Below are positions 30,001 to 45,000 of a stretch of 64,000 nt of DNA, in pieces. The first letter of the stretch is position 1. Each line of letters begins with the position of its first letter. Where the stretch lies: positions 62,001-126,000 of the forward strand of contig CAXHJY010000105.1 of assembly GCA_964016885.1 (NCBI GenBank), given 5' to 3'. The DNA comes from Eledone cirrhosa. Its lineage: Eukaryota. The translations under genes were made by a program, and so were the position numbers. The notes below the pieces were generated by a model, which was not told where the DNA came from, searched no databases, and was given only the letters and a program-made list of their open reading frames with translations.

Positions 30001-33000
30001 TCATTCCACTACTCTACAGGAAGTTACTAACACTCCTTTATCCCACTACTCTATAGGAAGTTACTAACACTCCTTCATTCCACTACTTTATAGGAAGTTA
30101 TATACACTCTTTCATTCCACTACTCTACAGGAAGCTACTAACACTCCTTCATTCCACTACTTTATAGGAAGTTACTAACAATCCTTCATTCCACTACTCT
30201 ACAGGAAGTTACTAACACTCCTTTATCCCACTACTCTATAGGAAGTTACTAACACTCTTTCATTCCACTACTTTATAGGAAGTTACTAACACTCCTTCAT
30301 TCCACTACTCTATAGGAAGTTACTAACCCTCCTTCATTCCACTACTCTACAGGAGGTTACTAACACTCCTTCATTCCACCACTTTATAGGAAGTTACTAA
30401 CACTCCTTCATTCCTTTACTTTATAGGAAGTTACTAACACTCCTTCATTCCACTACTTTATAGGAAGTTACTAACACTCCTTCATTCCACTACTTTATAG
30501 GAAGTTACTAACACTCCTTCATTCCACTACTTTATAGGAAGTTACTAACACTCCTTCATTCCACTACTTTATAGGAAGTTACTAACACTCCTTCATTCCA
30601 CTACTTTATAGGAAGTTACTAACACTCCTTCATTCCACTACTTTATAGGAAGTTACTAACACTCCTTCATTCCACTACTTTATAGGAAGTTACTAACACT
30701 CCTTCATTCCACTACTTTATAGGAAGTTACGAACACTCTTTCATTCCACTACTTTATAGGAAGTTACTAACACTCCTTCATTCCACTACTTTATAGGAAG
30801 TTACTAACACTACTTCATTCCACTACTCTACAGGAAGTTACTAACACTCCTTCATTCCACTACTTTATAGGAAGTTACTAACACTCCTTCATTCCACTAC
30901 TTTATAGGAAGTTACTAACACTCTTTCATTCCACTACTTTATAGGAAGTTACTAAATCTCCTTCATTCCACTACTTTATAGGAAGTTACTAACACTCCTT
31001 CATTCCACTACTCTACAGGAAGTTACTAACACTCCTTCATTCCACTACTCTACAGGAAGTTACTAACACTCCTTCATTCCACTACTTTATAGGAAGTTAC
31101 TAACACTCCTTCATTCCACTACTTAATAGGAAGTTACTAACACTCTTTCATTCTACTACTTTATAGGAAGTTACTAACACTCCTTCATTCCACTACTCTA
31201 CAGGAAGTTACTAACACTCCTTCATTCCACTACTCTACAGGAACTTACTAACACTCTTTCATTTCACTATTTTATAGGAAGTTACTAACACTCCTTCATT
31301 CCACTACTCTACAGGAAGTTACTAACACTCCTTCATTCCACTACTTTATAGGAAGTTACTAACACTCTTTCATTCCACTACTTTATAGGAAGTTACTAAC
31401 ACTCCTTCATTCCACTACTTTATAGGAAGTTACTAACACTCCTTCATTCCACTACTCTACAGAAAGTTACTAACACTCCTTCATTCCACTACTTTATAGG
31501 AAGTTACTAACACTCTTTCATTCCACTACTTTATAGGAAGTTACTAACACTCCTTCATTCCACTACTTTATAGGAAGTTACTAACACTCCTTCATTCCAC
31601 TACTCTACAGGAAGTTACTAACACTCCTTCATTCCACTACTCTACAGGAAGTTACTAACACTCCTTCATTCCACTACTTTATAGGAAGTTACTAACACTC
31701 CTTCATTCCACTACTCTATAGGAAGTTACTAACACTCCTTCATTCCACTACTCTATAGGAAGTTAATAACACTCTTTCATTCCACTACTTTATAGAAAGT
31801 TACTAACACTCTTTCATTCCACTATTCTACAGGAAGTTACTAACACTCCTTCATTCCACTACTTTATAGGAAGTTACTAACACTCCTTCATTTCTTTACT
31901 TTATAGGAAGTTACTAACACTCCTTCATTCCACTACTCTACAGGAAGTTACTAACACTCCTTCATTCCACTACTTTATAGGAAGTTACTAACACTCTTTC
32001 ATTCCACTACTTTATAGAAAGTTACTAACACTCCTTCATTCCACTACTCTACAGGAAGATACTAACACTCTTTCATTCCACTACTTTATAGGAAGTTACT
32101 AACACTCCTTCATTCCACTACTCTACAGGAAGTTACTAACACTCCTTCATTCCACTACTTTATAGGAAGTTACTAACACTCCTTCATTCCACTACTTTAT
32201 AGGAAGTTACTAACACTCCTTCATTCCACTACTCTACAGGAAGTTACTAACACTCCTTCATTCCACTACTCTACAGGAAGTTACTAACACTCCTTCATTC
32301 CACTACTCTACAGGAAGTTACTAACACTCCTTCATTCCTTTACTTTATAGGAAGTTACTAACACTCCTTCATTCCACTACTCTATAGGAAGTTACTAACA
32401 CTCTTTCATTCCACTACTTTATAGAAAGTTACTAACACTCTTTCATTCCACTACTTTATAGGAAGTTACTAACACTCTTTCATTCCACTACTCTACAGGA
32501 AGCTACTAACACTCCTTCATTCCACTACTTTATAGGAAGTTACTAACACTCCTTCATTCCATTACTCTACAGGAAGTTACTAACACTCCTTCATTCCACT
32601 ACTTTATAGGAAGTCACTAACACTCCTTCATTGCACTACTCTACAGGAAGTTACTAACACTCTTTCATTCCACTACTCTACAGGAAGTTACTAACACTCC
32701 TTCATTCCACTACACTATATTAAGTTACTAACATTCCTTCATTGCACTACTCTACAGGAAGTTACTAACACTCCTTCATTCCACTACTTTATAGGAAGTT
32801 ACTAACACTCCTTCATTCCACTACTTTATAGGAAGTTACTAACACTCCTTCATTCCACTACTCTATAGGAAGTTACTAACACTCCTTCATTCCACTACTC
32901 TACAGGAAGTTACTAACACTCCTTCATTCCACTACTTTATAGGAAGTTACTAACACTCCTTCATTCCTTTACTTTATAGGAAGTTACTAACACTCCTTCA

Positions 33001-36000
33001 TTCCACTACTCTATAGGAAGTTACTAACACTCTTTCATTCCACAACTTTATAGAAAGTTACTAACACTCTTTCATTCCACTACTTTATAGGAAGTTACTA
33101 ACACTCTTTCATTCCACTACTCTACAGGAAGCTACTAACACTCCTTCATTCCACTACTTTATAGGAAGTTACTAACACTCCTTCATTCCACTACTCTACA
33201 GGAAGTTACTAACACTCCTTCATTCCACTACTTTATAGGAAGTTACTAACACTCCTTCATTGCACTACTCTACAGGAAGTTACTAACCCTCTTTCATTCC
33301 ACTACTCTACAGGAAGTTACTAACACTCCTTCATTCCACTACTCTATATTAAGTTACTAACATTTCTTCATTGCACTACTCTACAGGAAGTTACTAACAC
33401 TCCTTCATTCCACTACTTTATAGGAAGTTACTAACACTCCTTCATTCCACTACTTTATAGGAAGTTACTAACATTCTTTCATTCCACTACTCTACAGGAA
33501 GTTACTAACACTCCTTCATTCTACTACTCTACAGGAAGTTACTAACACTCCTTCATTCCACTACTCTACAGGAAGTTACTAACACTCCTTCATTCCACTA
33601 CTTTATAGGAAGTTACTAACATTCCTTCATTCCACTACTCTATAGGAAGTTACTAACACTCCTTCATTCCACTACTCTACAGGAAGTTACTAACACTCCT
33701 TCATTCCACTACTTTATAGGAAGTTGCTAACACTCTTTCATTCCACTACTTTATAGGAAGTTACTAACAGTCTTTCATTCCACTACTTTATAGGAAGTTA
33801 CTAACACTCTTTCATTCCACTACTCTACAGGAAGTTACTAACACTCCTTTATCCCACTACTCTATAGGAAGTTACTAACACTCTTTCATTCCACTACTTT
33901 ATAGGAAGTTACTAACACTCCTTCATTCCACTACTCTATAGGAAGTTACTAACACTCCTTCATTCCACTACTCTACAGGAAGTTACTAACACTCCTTCAT
34001 TCCACCACTTTATAGGAAGTTACTAACACTCCTTCATTCCTTTACTTTATAGGAAGTTACTAACACTCCTTCATTCCACTACTTTATAGGAAGTTACTAA
34101 CACTCCTTCATTCCACTACTCTACAGGAAGTTACTAACACTCTTTCATTCCACTACTCTACAGGAAGTTACTAACACTCCTTCATTCCACTACTCTATAT
34201 TAAGTTACTAACATTCCTTCATTGCACTACTCTACAGGAAGTTACTAACACTCCTTCATTCCACTACTCTACAGGAAGTTACTAACACTCCTTCATTCCA
34301 CTACTCTACAGGAAGTTACTAACACTCCTTCATTCCACTACTTTATAGGAAGTTACTAACATTCCTTCATTCCACTACTCTATAGGAAGTTACTAACACT
34401 CCTTCATTCCACTACTCTACAGGAAGTTACTAACGCTCCTTCATTCCACTACTCTACAGGAAGTTACTAACACTCCTTCATTCCACTACTCTATAGGAAG
34501 TTACTAACACTCCTTCATTCCACCACTTTATAGGAAGTTACTAACACTCCTTCATTCCTTTACTTTATAGGAAGTTACTAACACTCCTTCATTCCACTAC
34601 TTTATAGGAAGTTACTAACACTCCTTCATTCCACTACTTTATAGGAAGTTACTAACACTCCTTCATTCCACAACTCTACAGGAAGTTACTAACACTCCTT
34701 CATTCCACTACTCTACAGGAAGTTACTAACACTCTTTCATTCCACTACTTTATAGGAAGTTACTAACACTCCTTCATTCCACTACTCTACAGGAAGTTAC
34801 TAACACTCTTTCATTCCACTAACCTACAGGAAGTTACTAACACTCGTTCATTCCACTACTTTATAGGAAGTTACTAACACTCCTTCATTCCACTACTCTA
34901 CAGGAAGTTACTAACACTCCTTCATTCCACTACTCTACAGGAAGTTACTAACACTCTTTCATTCCACTACTTTATAGAAAGTTACTAACACTCCTTCATT
35001 CCACTACTCTACTGGAAGATACTAACACTCCTTCATTCCATTACTTTATAGGAAGTTACTAACACTCTTTCATTCCACTACTTTATAGGAAGTTACTAAC
35101 ACTCCTTCATTCCACTACTCTACTGGAAGATACTAACACTCCTTCATTCCATTACTTTATAGGAAGTTACTAACACTCTTTCATTCCACTACTTTATAGA
35201 AAGTTACTAACACTCCTTCACTCCACTACTCTACAGGAAGTTACTAACACTCTTTCATTCCACTAACCTACAGGAAGTTACTAACACTCCTTCATTCCAC
35301 TACTCTACTGGAAGTTACTAACACTCCTTCATTCCACTACTCTACAGGAAGTTACTAACACTCCTTCATTCCACTACTCTACAGGAAGTTACTAACACTC
35401 TTTCATTCCACTACTTTATAGGAAGTTACTAACACTCCTTCATTCCACTACTTTATAGGAAGTTACTAACACTCCTTCATTCCACTACTCTATAGGAAGT
35501 TACTAACACTCCTTCATTCCACTATTCTACAGGAAGTTACTAACACTCCTTCATTCCACTACTTTATAGGAAGTTACTAACACTCCTTCATTCCTTTACT
35601 TTATAGGAAGTTACTAACACTCCTTCATTCCACTACTTTATAGGAAGTTACTAACACTCTTTCATTCCACTACTTTATAGGAAGTTACTAACACTCTTTC
35701 ATTCCACTACTCTACAGGAAGCTACTAACACTCCTTCATTCCACTACTTTATAGGAAGTTACTAACACTCCTTCATTCCACTACTCTACAGGAAGTTACT
35801 AACACTCCTTTATCCCACTACTCTATAGGAAGTTACTAACACTCTTTCATTCCACTACTTTATAGGAAGTTACTAACACTCCTTCATTCCACTACTCTAT
35901 AGGAAGTTACTAACCCTCCTTCATTCCACTACTCTACAGGAAGTTACTAACACTCCTTCATTCCACCACTTTATAGGAAGTTACTAACACTTCTTCATTC

Positions 36001-39000
36001 CTTTACTTTATAGGAAGTTACTAACACTCTTTCATTCCACTACTTTATAGGAAGTTACTAACACTCCTTCATTCCACTACTCTACAGGAAGTTACTAACA
36101 CTCTTTCATTCCACTACTTTATAGGAAGTTACTAACACTCCTTCATTCCACTACTTTATAGGAAGTTACTAACACTCCTTCATTCCACTACTTTATAGGA
36201 AGTTACGAACACTCTTTCATTCCACTACTTTATAGGAAGTTACTAACACTCCTTCATTCCACTACTTTATAGGAAGTTACTAACACTACTTCATTCCACT
36301 ACTCTACAGGAAGTTACTAACACTCCTTCATTCCACTACTTTATAGGAAGTTACTAACACTCCTTCATTCCACTACTTTATAGGAAGTTACTAACACTCT
36401 TTCATTCCACTACTTTATAGGAAGTTACTAAATCTCCTTCATTCCACTACTTGATAGGAAGTTACTAACACTCCTTCATTCCACTACTCTACAGGAAGTT
36501 ACTAACACTCCTTCATTCCACTACTCTACAGGAAGTTACTAACACTCCTTCATTCCACTACTTTATAGGAAGTTACTAACACTCCTTCATTCCACTACTT
36601 AATAGGAAGTTACTAACACTCTTTCATTCTACTACTTTATAGGAAGTTACTAACACTCCTTCATTCCACTACTCTACAGGAAGTTACTAACACTCCTTCA
36701 TTCCACTACTCTACAGGAACTTACTAACACTCTTTCATTTCACTATTTTATAGGAAGTTACTAACACTCCTTCATTCCACTACTCTACAGGAAGTTACTA
36801 ACACTCCTTCATTCCACTACTTTATAGGAAGTTACTAACACTCTTTCATTCCACTACTTTATAGGAAGTTACTAACACTCCTTCATTCCACTACTTTATA
36901 GGAAGTTACTAACACTCCTTCATTCCACTACTCTACAGGAAGTTACTAACACTCCTTCATTCCACTACTTTATAGGAAGTTACTAACACTCTTTCATTCC
37001 ACTACTTTATAGGAAGTTACTAACACTCCTTCATTCCACTACTTTATAGGAAGTTACTAACACTCCTTCATTCCACTACTCTACAGAAAGTTACTAACAC
37101 TCCTTCATTCCACTACTTTATAGGAAGTTACTAACACTCTTTCATTCCACTACTTTATAGGAAGTTACTAACACTCCTTCATTCCACTACTTTATAGGAA
37201 GTTACTAACACTCCTTCATTCCACTACTCTACAGGAAGTTACTAACACTCCTTCATTCCACTACTCTACAGGAAGTTACTAACACTCCTTCATTCCACTA
37301 CTTTATAGGAAGTTACTAACACTCCTTCATTCCACTACTCTATAGGAAGTTACTAACACTCCTTCATTCCACTACTCTATAGGAAGTTACTAACACTCTT
37401 TCATTCCACGAATTTACAGGAAGTTACTAACACTCCTTCATTCCACTACTCTACAGGAAGTTACTAACACTCCTTCATTCCACGAATTTACAGGAAGTTA
37501 ATAACACTCCTTCATTCCACTACTTTATAGGAAGTTACTAACACTCCTTCATTCCACTACTTTATAGGAAGTTACTAACACTCCTTCATTCCACTACTCT
37601 ACAGGAAGTTACTAACACTCTTTCATTCCACTACTCTACAGGAAGTTACTAACACTCCTTCATTCCACTACTCTACAGGAAGTTACTAACACTCCTTCAT
37701 TCCACTACTCTACAGGAAGTTACTAACACTCCTTCATTCCACTACTCTACAGGAAGTTACTAACACTCTTTCATTCCACTACTTTATAGGAAGTTACTAA
37801 CACTCCTTCATTCCACTACTTTATAGGAAGTTACTAACACTCCTTCATTCCACTACTCTATAGGAAGTTACTAACACTCCTTCATTCCACTATTCTACAG
37901 GAAGTTACTAACACTCCTTCTTTCCACTACTTTATAGAAAGTTACTAACACTCCTTCATTCCTTTACTTTATAGGAAGTTACTAACACTCCTTCATTCCA
38001 CTACTCTATAGGATGTTACTAACACTCTTTCATTCCACTACTTTATAGAAAGTTACTAACACTCTTTCATTCCACTACTTTATAGGAAGTTATATACACT
38101 CTTTCATTCCACTATACAGGAAGCTACTAACACTCCTTCATTCCACTACTTTATAGGAAGTTACTAACACTCTTTCATTCCACTACTCTACAGGAAGCTA
38201 CTAACACTCCTTCATTCCACTACTCTACAGGAAGTTACTAACACTCCTTTATCCCACTACTCTATAGGAAGTTACTAACACTCCTTCATTCCACTACTTT
38301 ATAGGAAGTTATATACACTCTTTCATTCCACTACTCTACAGGAAGCTACTAACACTCCTTCATTCCACTACTTTATAGGAAGTTACTAACACTCTTTCAT
38401 TCCACTACTCTACAGGAAGCTACTAACACACCTTCATTCCACTACTCTACAGGAAGTTACTAACACTCCTTTATCCCACTACTCTATAGGAAGTTACTAA
38501 CACTCCTTCATTCCACTACTTTATAGGAAGTTATATACACTCTTTCATTCCACTACTCTACAGGAAGCTACTAACACTCCTTCATTCCACTACTTTATAG
38601 GAAGTTACTAACAATCCTTCATTCCACTACTCTACAGGAAGTTACTAACACTCCTTTATCCCACTACTCTATAGGAAGTTACTAACACTCTTTCATTCCA
38701 CTACTTTATAGGAAGTTACTAACACTCCTTCATTCCACTACTCTATAGGAAGTTACTAACCCTCCTTCATTCCACTACTCTACAGGAGGTTACTAACACT
38801 CCTTCATTCCACCACTTTATAGGAAGTTACTAACACTCCTTCATTCCTTTACTTTATAGGAAGTTACTAACACTCCTTCATTCCACTACTTTATAGGAAG
38901 TTACTAACACTCCTTCATTCCACTACTTTATAGGAAGTTACTAACACTCCTTCATTCCACTACTTTATAGGAAGTTACTAACACTCCTTCATTCCACTAC

Positions 39001-42000
39001 TTTATAGGAAGTTACTAACACTCCTTCATTCCACTACTTTATAGGAAGTTACTAACACTCCTTCATTCCACTACTTTATAGGAAGTTACTAACACTCCTT
39101 CATTCCACTACTTTATAGGAAGTTACTAACACTCCTTCATTCCACTACTTTATAGGAAGTTACGAACACTCTTTCATTCCACTACTTTATAGGAAGTTAC
39201 TAACACTCCTTCATTCCACTACTTTATAGGAAGTTACTAACACTACTTCATTCCACTACTCTACAGGAAGTTACTAACACTCCTTCATTCCACTACTTTA
39301 TAGGAAGTTACTAACACTCCTTCATTCCACTACTTTATAGGAAGTTACTAACACTCTTTCATTCCACTACTTTATAGGAAGTTACTAAATCTCCTTCATT
39401 CCACTACTTTATAGGAAGTTACTAACACTCCTTCATTCCACTACTCTACAGGAAGTTACTAACACTCCTTCATTCCACTACTCTACAGGAAGTTACTAAC
39501 ACTCCTTCATTCCACTACTTTATAGGAAGTTACTAACACTCCTTCATTCCACTACTTAATAGGAAGTTACTAACACTCTTTCATTCTACTACTTTATAGG
39601 AAGTTACTAACACTCCTTCATTCCACTACTCTACAGGAAGTTACTAACACTCCTTCATTCCACTACTCTACAGGAACTTACTAACACTCTTTCATTTCAC
39701 TATTTTATAGGAAGTTACTAACACTCCTTCATTCCACTACTCTACAGGAAGTTACTAACACTCCTTCATTCCACTACTTTATAGGAAGTTACTAACACTC
39801 TTTCATTCCACTACTTTATAGGAAGTTACTAACACTCCTTCATTCCACTACTTTATAGGAAGTTACTAACACTCCTTCATTCCACTACTCTACAGAAAGT
39901 TACTAACACTCCTTCATTCCACTACTTTATAGGAAGTTACTAACACTCTTTCATTCCACTACTTTATAGGAAGTTACTAACACTCCTTCATTCCACTACT
40001 TTATAGGAAGTTACTAACACTCCTTCATTCCACTACTCTACAGGAAGTTACTAACACTCCTTCATTCCACTACTCTACAGGAAGTTACTAACACTCCTTC
40101 ATTCCACTACTTTATAGGAAGTTACTAACACTCCTTCATTCCACTACTCTATAGGAAGTTACTAACACTCCTTCATTCCACTACTCTATAGGAAGTTAAT
40201 AACACTCTTTCATTCCACTACTTTATAGAAAGTTACTAACACTCTTTCATTCCACTATTCTACAGGAAGTTACTAACACTCCTTCATTCCACTACTTTAT
40301 AGGAAGTTACTAACACTCCTTCATTTCTTTACTTTATAGGAAGTTACTAACACTCCTTCATTCCACTACTCTACAGGAAGTTACTAACACTCCTTCATTC
40401 CACTACTTTATAGGAAGTTACTAACACTCTTTCATTCCACTACTTTATAGAAAGTTACTAACACTCCTTCATTCCACTACTCTACAGGAAGATACTAACA
40501 CTCTTTCATTCCACTACTTTATAGGAAGTTACTAACACTCCTTCATTCCACTACTCTACAGGAAGTTACTAACACTCCTTCATTCCACTACTTTATAGGA
40601 AGTTACTAACACTCCTTCATTCCACTACTTTATAGGAAGTTACTAACACTCCTTCATTCCACTACTCTACAGGAAGTTACTAACACTCCTTCATTCCACT
40701 ACTCTACAGGAAGTTACTAACACTCCTTCATTCCACTACTCTACAGGAAGTTACTAACACTCCTTCATTCCTTTACTTTATAGGAAGTTACTAACACTCC
40801 TTCATTCCACTACTCTATAGGAAGTTACTAACACTCTTTCATTCCACTACTTTATAGAAAGTTACTAACACTCTTTCATTCCACTACTTTATAGGAAGTT
40901 ACTAACACTCTTTCATTCCACTACTCTACAGGAAGCTACTAACACTCCTTCATTCCACTACTTTATAGGAAGTTACTAACACTCCTTCATTCCATTACTC
41001 TACAGGAAGTTACTAACACTCCTTCATTCCACTACTTTATAGGAAGTCACTAACACTCCTTCATTGCACTACTCTACAGGAAGTTACTAACACTCTTTCA
41101 TTCCACTACTCTACAGGAAGTTACTAACACTCCTTCATTCCACTACACTATATTAAGTTACTAACATTCCTTCATTGCACTACTCTACAGGAAGTTACTA
41201 ACACTCCTTCATTCCACTACTTTATAGGAAGTTACTAACACTCCTTCATTCCACTACTTTATAGGAAGTTACTAACACTCCTTCATTCCACTACTCTATA
41301 GGAAGTTACTAACACTCCTTCATTCCACTACTCTACAGGAAGTTACTAACACTCCTTCATTCCACTACTTTATAGGAAGTTACTAACACTCCTTCATTCC
41401 TTTACTTTATAGGAAGTTACTAACACTCCTTCATTCCACTACTCTATAGGAAGTTACTAACACTCTTTCATTCCACAACTTTATAGAAAGTTACTAACAC
41501 TCTTTCATTCCACTACTTTATAGGAAGTTACTAACACTCTTTCATTCCACTACTCTACAGGAAGCTACTAACACTCCTTCATTCCACTACTTTATAGGAA
41601 GTTACTAACACTCCTTCATTCCACTACTCTACAGGAAGTTACTAACACTCCTTCATTCCACTACTTTATAGGAAGTTACTAACACTCCTTCATTGCACTA
41701 CTCTACAGGAAGTTACTAACCCTCTTTCATTCCACTACTCTACAGGAAGTTACTAACACTCCTTCATTCCACTACTCTATATTAAGTTACTAACATTTCT
41801 TCATTGCACTACTCTACAGGAAGTTACTAACACTCCTTCATTCCACTACTTTATAGGAAGTTACTAACACTCCTTCATTCCACTACTTTATAGGAAGTTA
41901 CTAACATTCTTTCATTCCACTACTCTACAGGAAGTTACTAACACTCCTTCATTCTACTACTCTACAGGAAGTTACTAACACTCCTTCATTCCACTACTCT

Positions 42001-45000
42001 ACAGGAAGTTACTAACACTCCTTCATTCCACTACTTTATAGGAAGTTACTAACATTCCTTCATTCCACTACTCTATAGGAAGTTACTAACACTCCTTCAT
42101 TCCACTACTCTACAGGAAGTTACTAACACTCCTTCATTCCACTACTTTATAGGAAGTTGCTAACACTCTTTCATTCCACTACTTTATAGGAAGTTACTAA
42201 CAGTCTTTCATTCCACTACTTTATAGGAAGTTACTAACACTCTTTCATTCCACTACTCTACAGGAAGTTACTAACACTCCTTTATCCCACTACTCTATAG
42301 GAAGTTACTAACACTCTTTCATTCCACTACTTTATAGGAAGTTACTAACACTCCTTCATTCCACTACTCTATAGGAAGTTACTAACACTCCTTCATTCCA
42401 CTACTCTACAGGAAGTTACTAACACTCCTTCATTCCACCACTTTATAGGAAGTTACTAACACTCCTTCATTCCTTTACTTTATAGGAAGTTACTAACACT
42501 CCTTCATTCCACTACTTTATAGGAAGTTACTAACACTCCTTCATTCCACTACTCTACAGGAAGTTACTAACACTCTTTCATTCCACTACTCTACAGGAAG
42601 TTACTAACACTCCTTCATTCCACTACTCTATATTAAGTTACTAACATTCCTTCATTGCACTACTCTACAGGAAGTTACTAACACTCCTTCATTCCACTAC
42701 TCTACAGGAAGTTACTAACACTCCTTCATTCCACTACTCTACAGGAAGTTACTAACACTCCTTCATTCCACTACTTTATAGGAAGTTACTAACATTCCTT
42801 CATTCCACTACTCTATAGGAAGTTACTAACACTCCTTCATTCCACTACTCTACAGGAAGTTACTAACGCTCCTTCATTCCACTACTCTACAGGAAGTTAC
42901 TAACACTCCTTCATTCCACTACTCTATAGGAAGTTACTAACACTCCTTCATTCCACCACTTTATAGGAAGTTACTAACACTCCTTCATTCCTTTACTTTA
43001 TAGGAAGTTACTAACACTCCTTCATTCCACTACTTTATAGGAAGTTACTAACACTCCTTCATTCCACTACTTTATAGGAAGTTACTAACACTCCTTCATT
43101 CCACAACTCTACAGGAAGTTACTAACACTCCTTCATTCCACTACTCTACAGGAAGTTACTAACACTCTTTCATTCCACTACTTTATAGGAAGTTACTAAC
43201 ACTCCTTCATTCCACTACTCTACAGGAAGTTACTAACACTCTTTCATTCCACTAACCTACAGGAAGTTACTAACACTCGTTCATTCCACTACTTTATAGG
43301 AAGTTACTAACACTCCTTCATTCCACTACTCTACAGGAAGTTACTAACACTCCTTCATTCCACTACTCTACAGGAAGTTACTAACACTCTTTCATTCCAC
43401 TACTTTATAGAAAGTTACTAACACTCCTTCATTCCACTACTCTACTGGAAGATACTAACACTCCTTCATTCCATTACTTTATAGGAAGTTACTAACACTC
43501 TTTCATTCCACTACTTTATAGGAAGTTACTAACACTCCTTCATTCCACTACTCTACTGGAAGATACTAACACTCCTTCATTCCATTACTTTATAGGAAGT
43601 TACTAACACTCTTTCATTCCACTACTTTATAGAAAGTTACTAACACTCCTTCACTCCACTACTCTACAGGAAGTTACTAACACTCTTTCATTCCACTAAC
43701 CTACAGGAAGTTACTAACACTCCTTCATTCCACTACTCTACTGGAAGTTACTAACACTCCTTCATTCCACTACTCTACAGGAAGTTACTAACACTCCTTC
43801 ATTCCACTACTCTACAGGAAGTTACTAACACTCTTTCATTCCACTACTTTATAGGAAGTTACTAACACTCCTTCATTCCACTACTTTATAGGAAGTTACT
43901 AACACTCCTTCATTCCACTACTCTATAGGAAGTTACTAACACTCCTTCATTCCACTATTCTACAGGAAGTTACTAACACTCCTTCATTCCACTACTTTAT
44001 AGGAAGTTACTAACACTCCTTCATTCCTTTACTTTATAGGAAGTTACTAACACTCCTTCATTCCACTACTTTATAGGAAGTTACTAACACTCTTTCATTC
44101 CACTACTTTATAGGAAGTTACTAACACTCTTTCATTCCACTACTCTACAGGAAGCTACTAACACTCCTTCATTCCACTACTTTATAGGAAGTTACTAACA
44201 CTCCTTCATTCCACTACTCTACAGGAAGTTACTAACACTCCTTTATCCCACTACTCTATAGGAAGTTACTAACACTCTTTCATTCCACTACTTTATAGGA
44301 AGTTACTAACACTCCTTCATTCCACTACTCTATAGGAAGTTACTAACCCTCCTTCATTCCACTACTCTACAGGAAGTTACTAACACTCCTTCATTCCACC
44401 ACTTTATAGGAAGTTACTAACACTTCTTCATTCCTTTACTTTATAGGAAGTTACTAACACTCTTTCATTCCACTACTTTATAGGAAGTTACTAACACTCC
44501 TTCATTCCACTACTCTACAGGAAGTTACTAACACTCTTTCATTCCACTACTTTATAGGAAGTTACTAACACTCCTTCATTCCACTACTTTATAGGAAGTT
44601 ACTAACACTCCTTCATTCCACTACTTTATAGGAAGTTACGAACACTCTTTCATTCCACTACTTTATAGGAAGTTACTAACACTCCTTCATTCCACTACTT
44701 TATAGGAAGTTACTAACACTACTTCATTCCACTACTCTACAGGAAGTTACTAACACTCCTTCATTCCACTACTTTATAGGAAGTTACTAACACTCCTTCA
44801 TTCCACTACTTTATAGGAAGTTACTAACACTCTTTCATTCCACTACTTTATAGGAAGTTACTAAATCTCCTTCATTCCACTACTTGATAGGAAGTTACTA
44901 ACACTCCTTCATTCCACTACTCTACAGGAAGTTACTAACACTCCTTCATTCCACTACTCTACAGGAAGTTACTAACACTCCTTCATTCCACTACTTTATA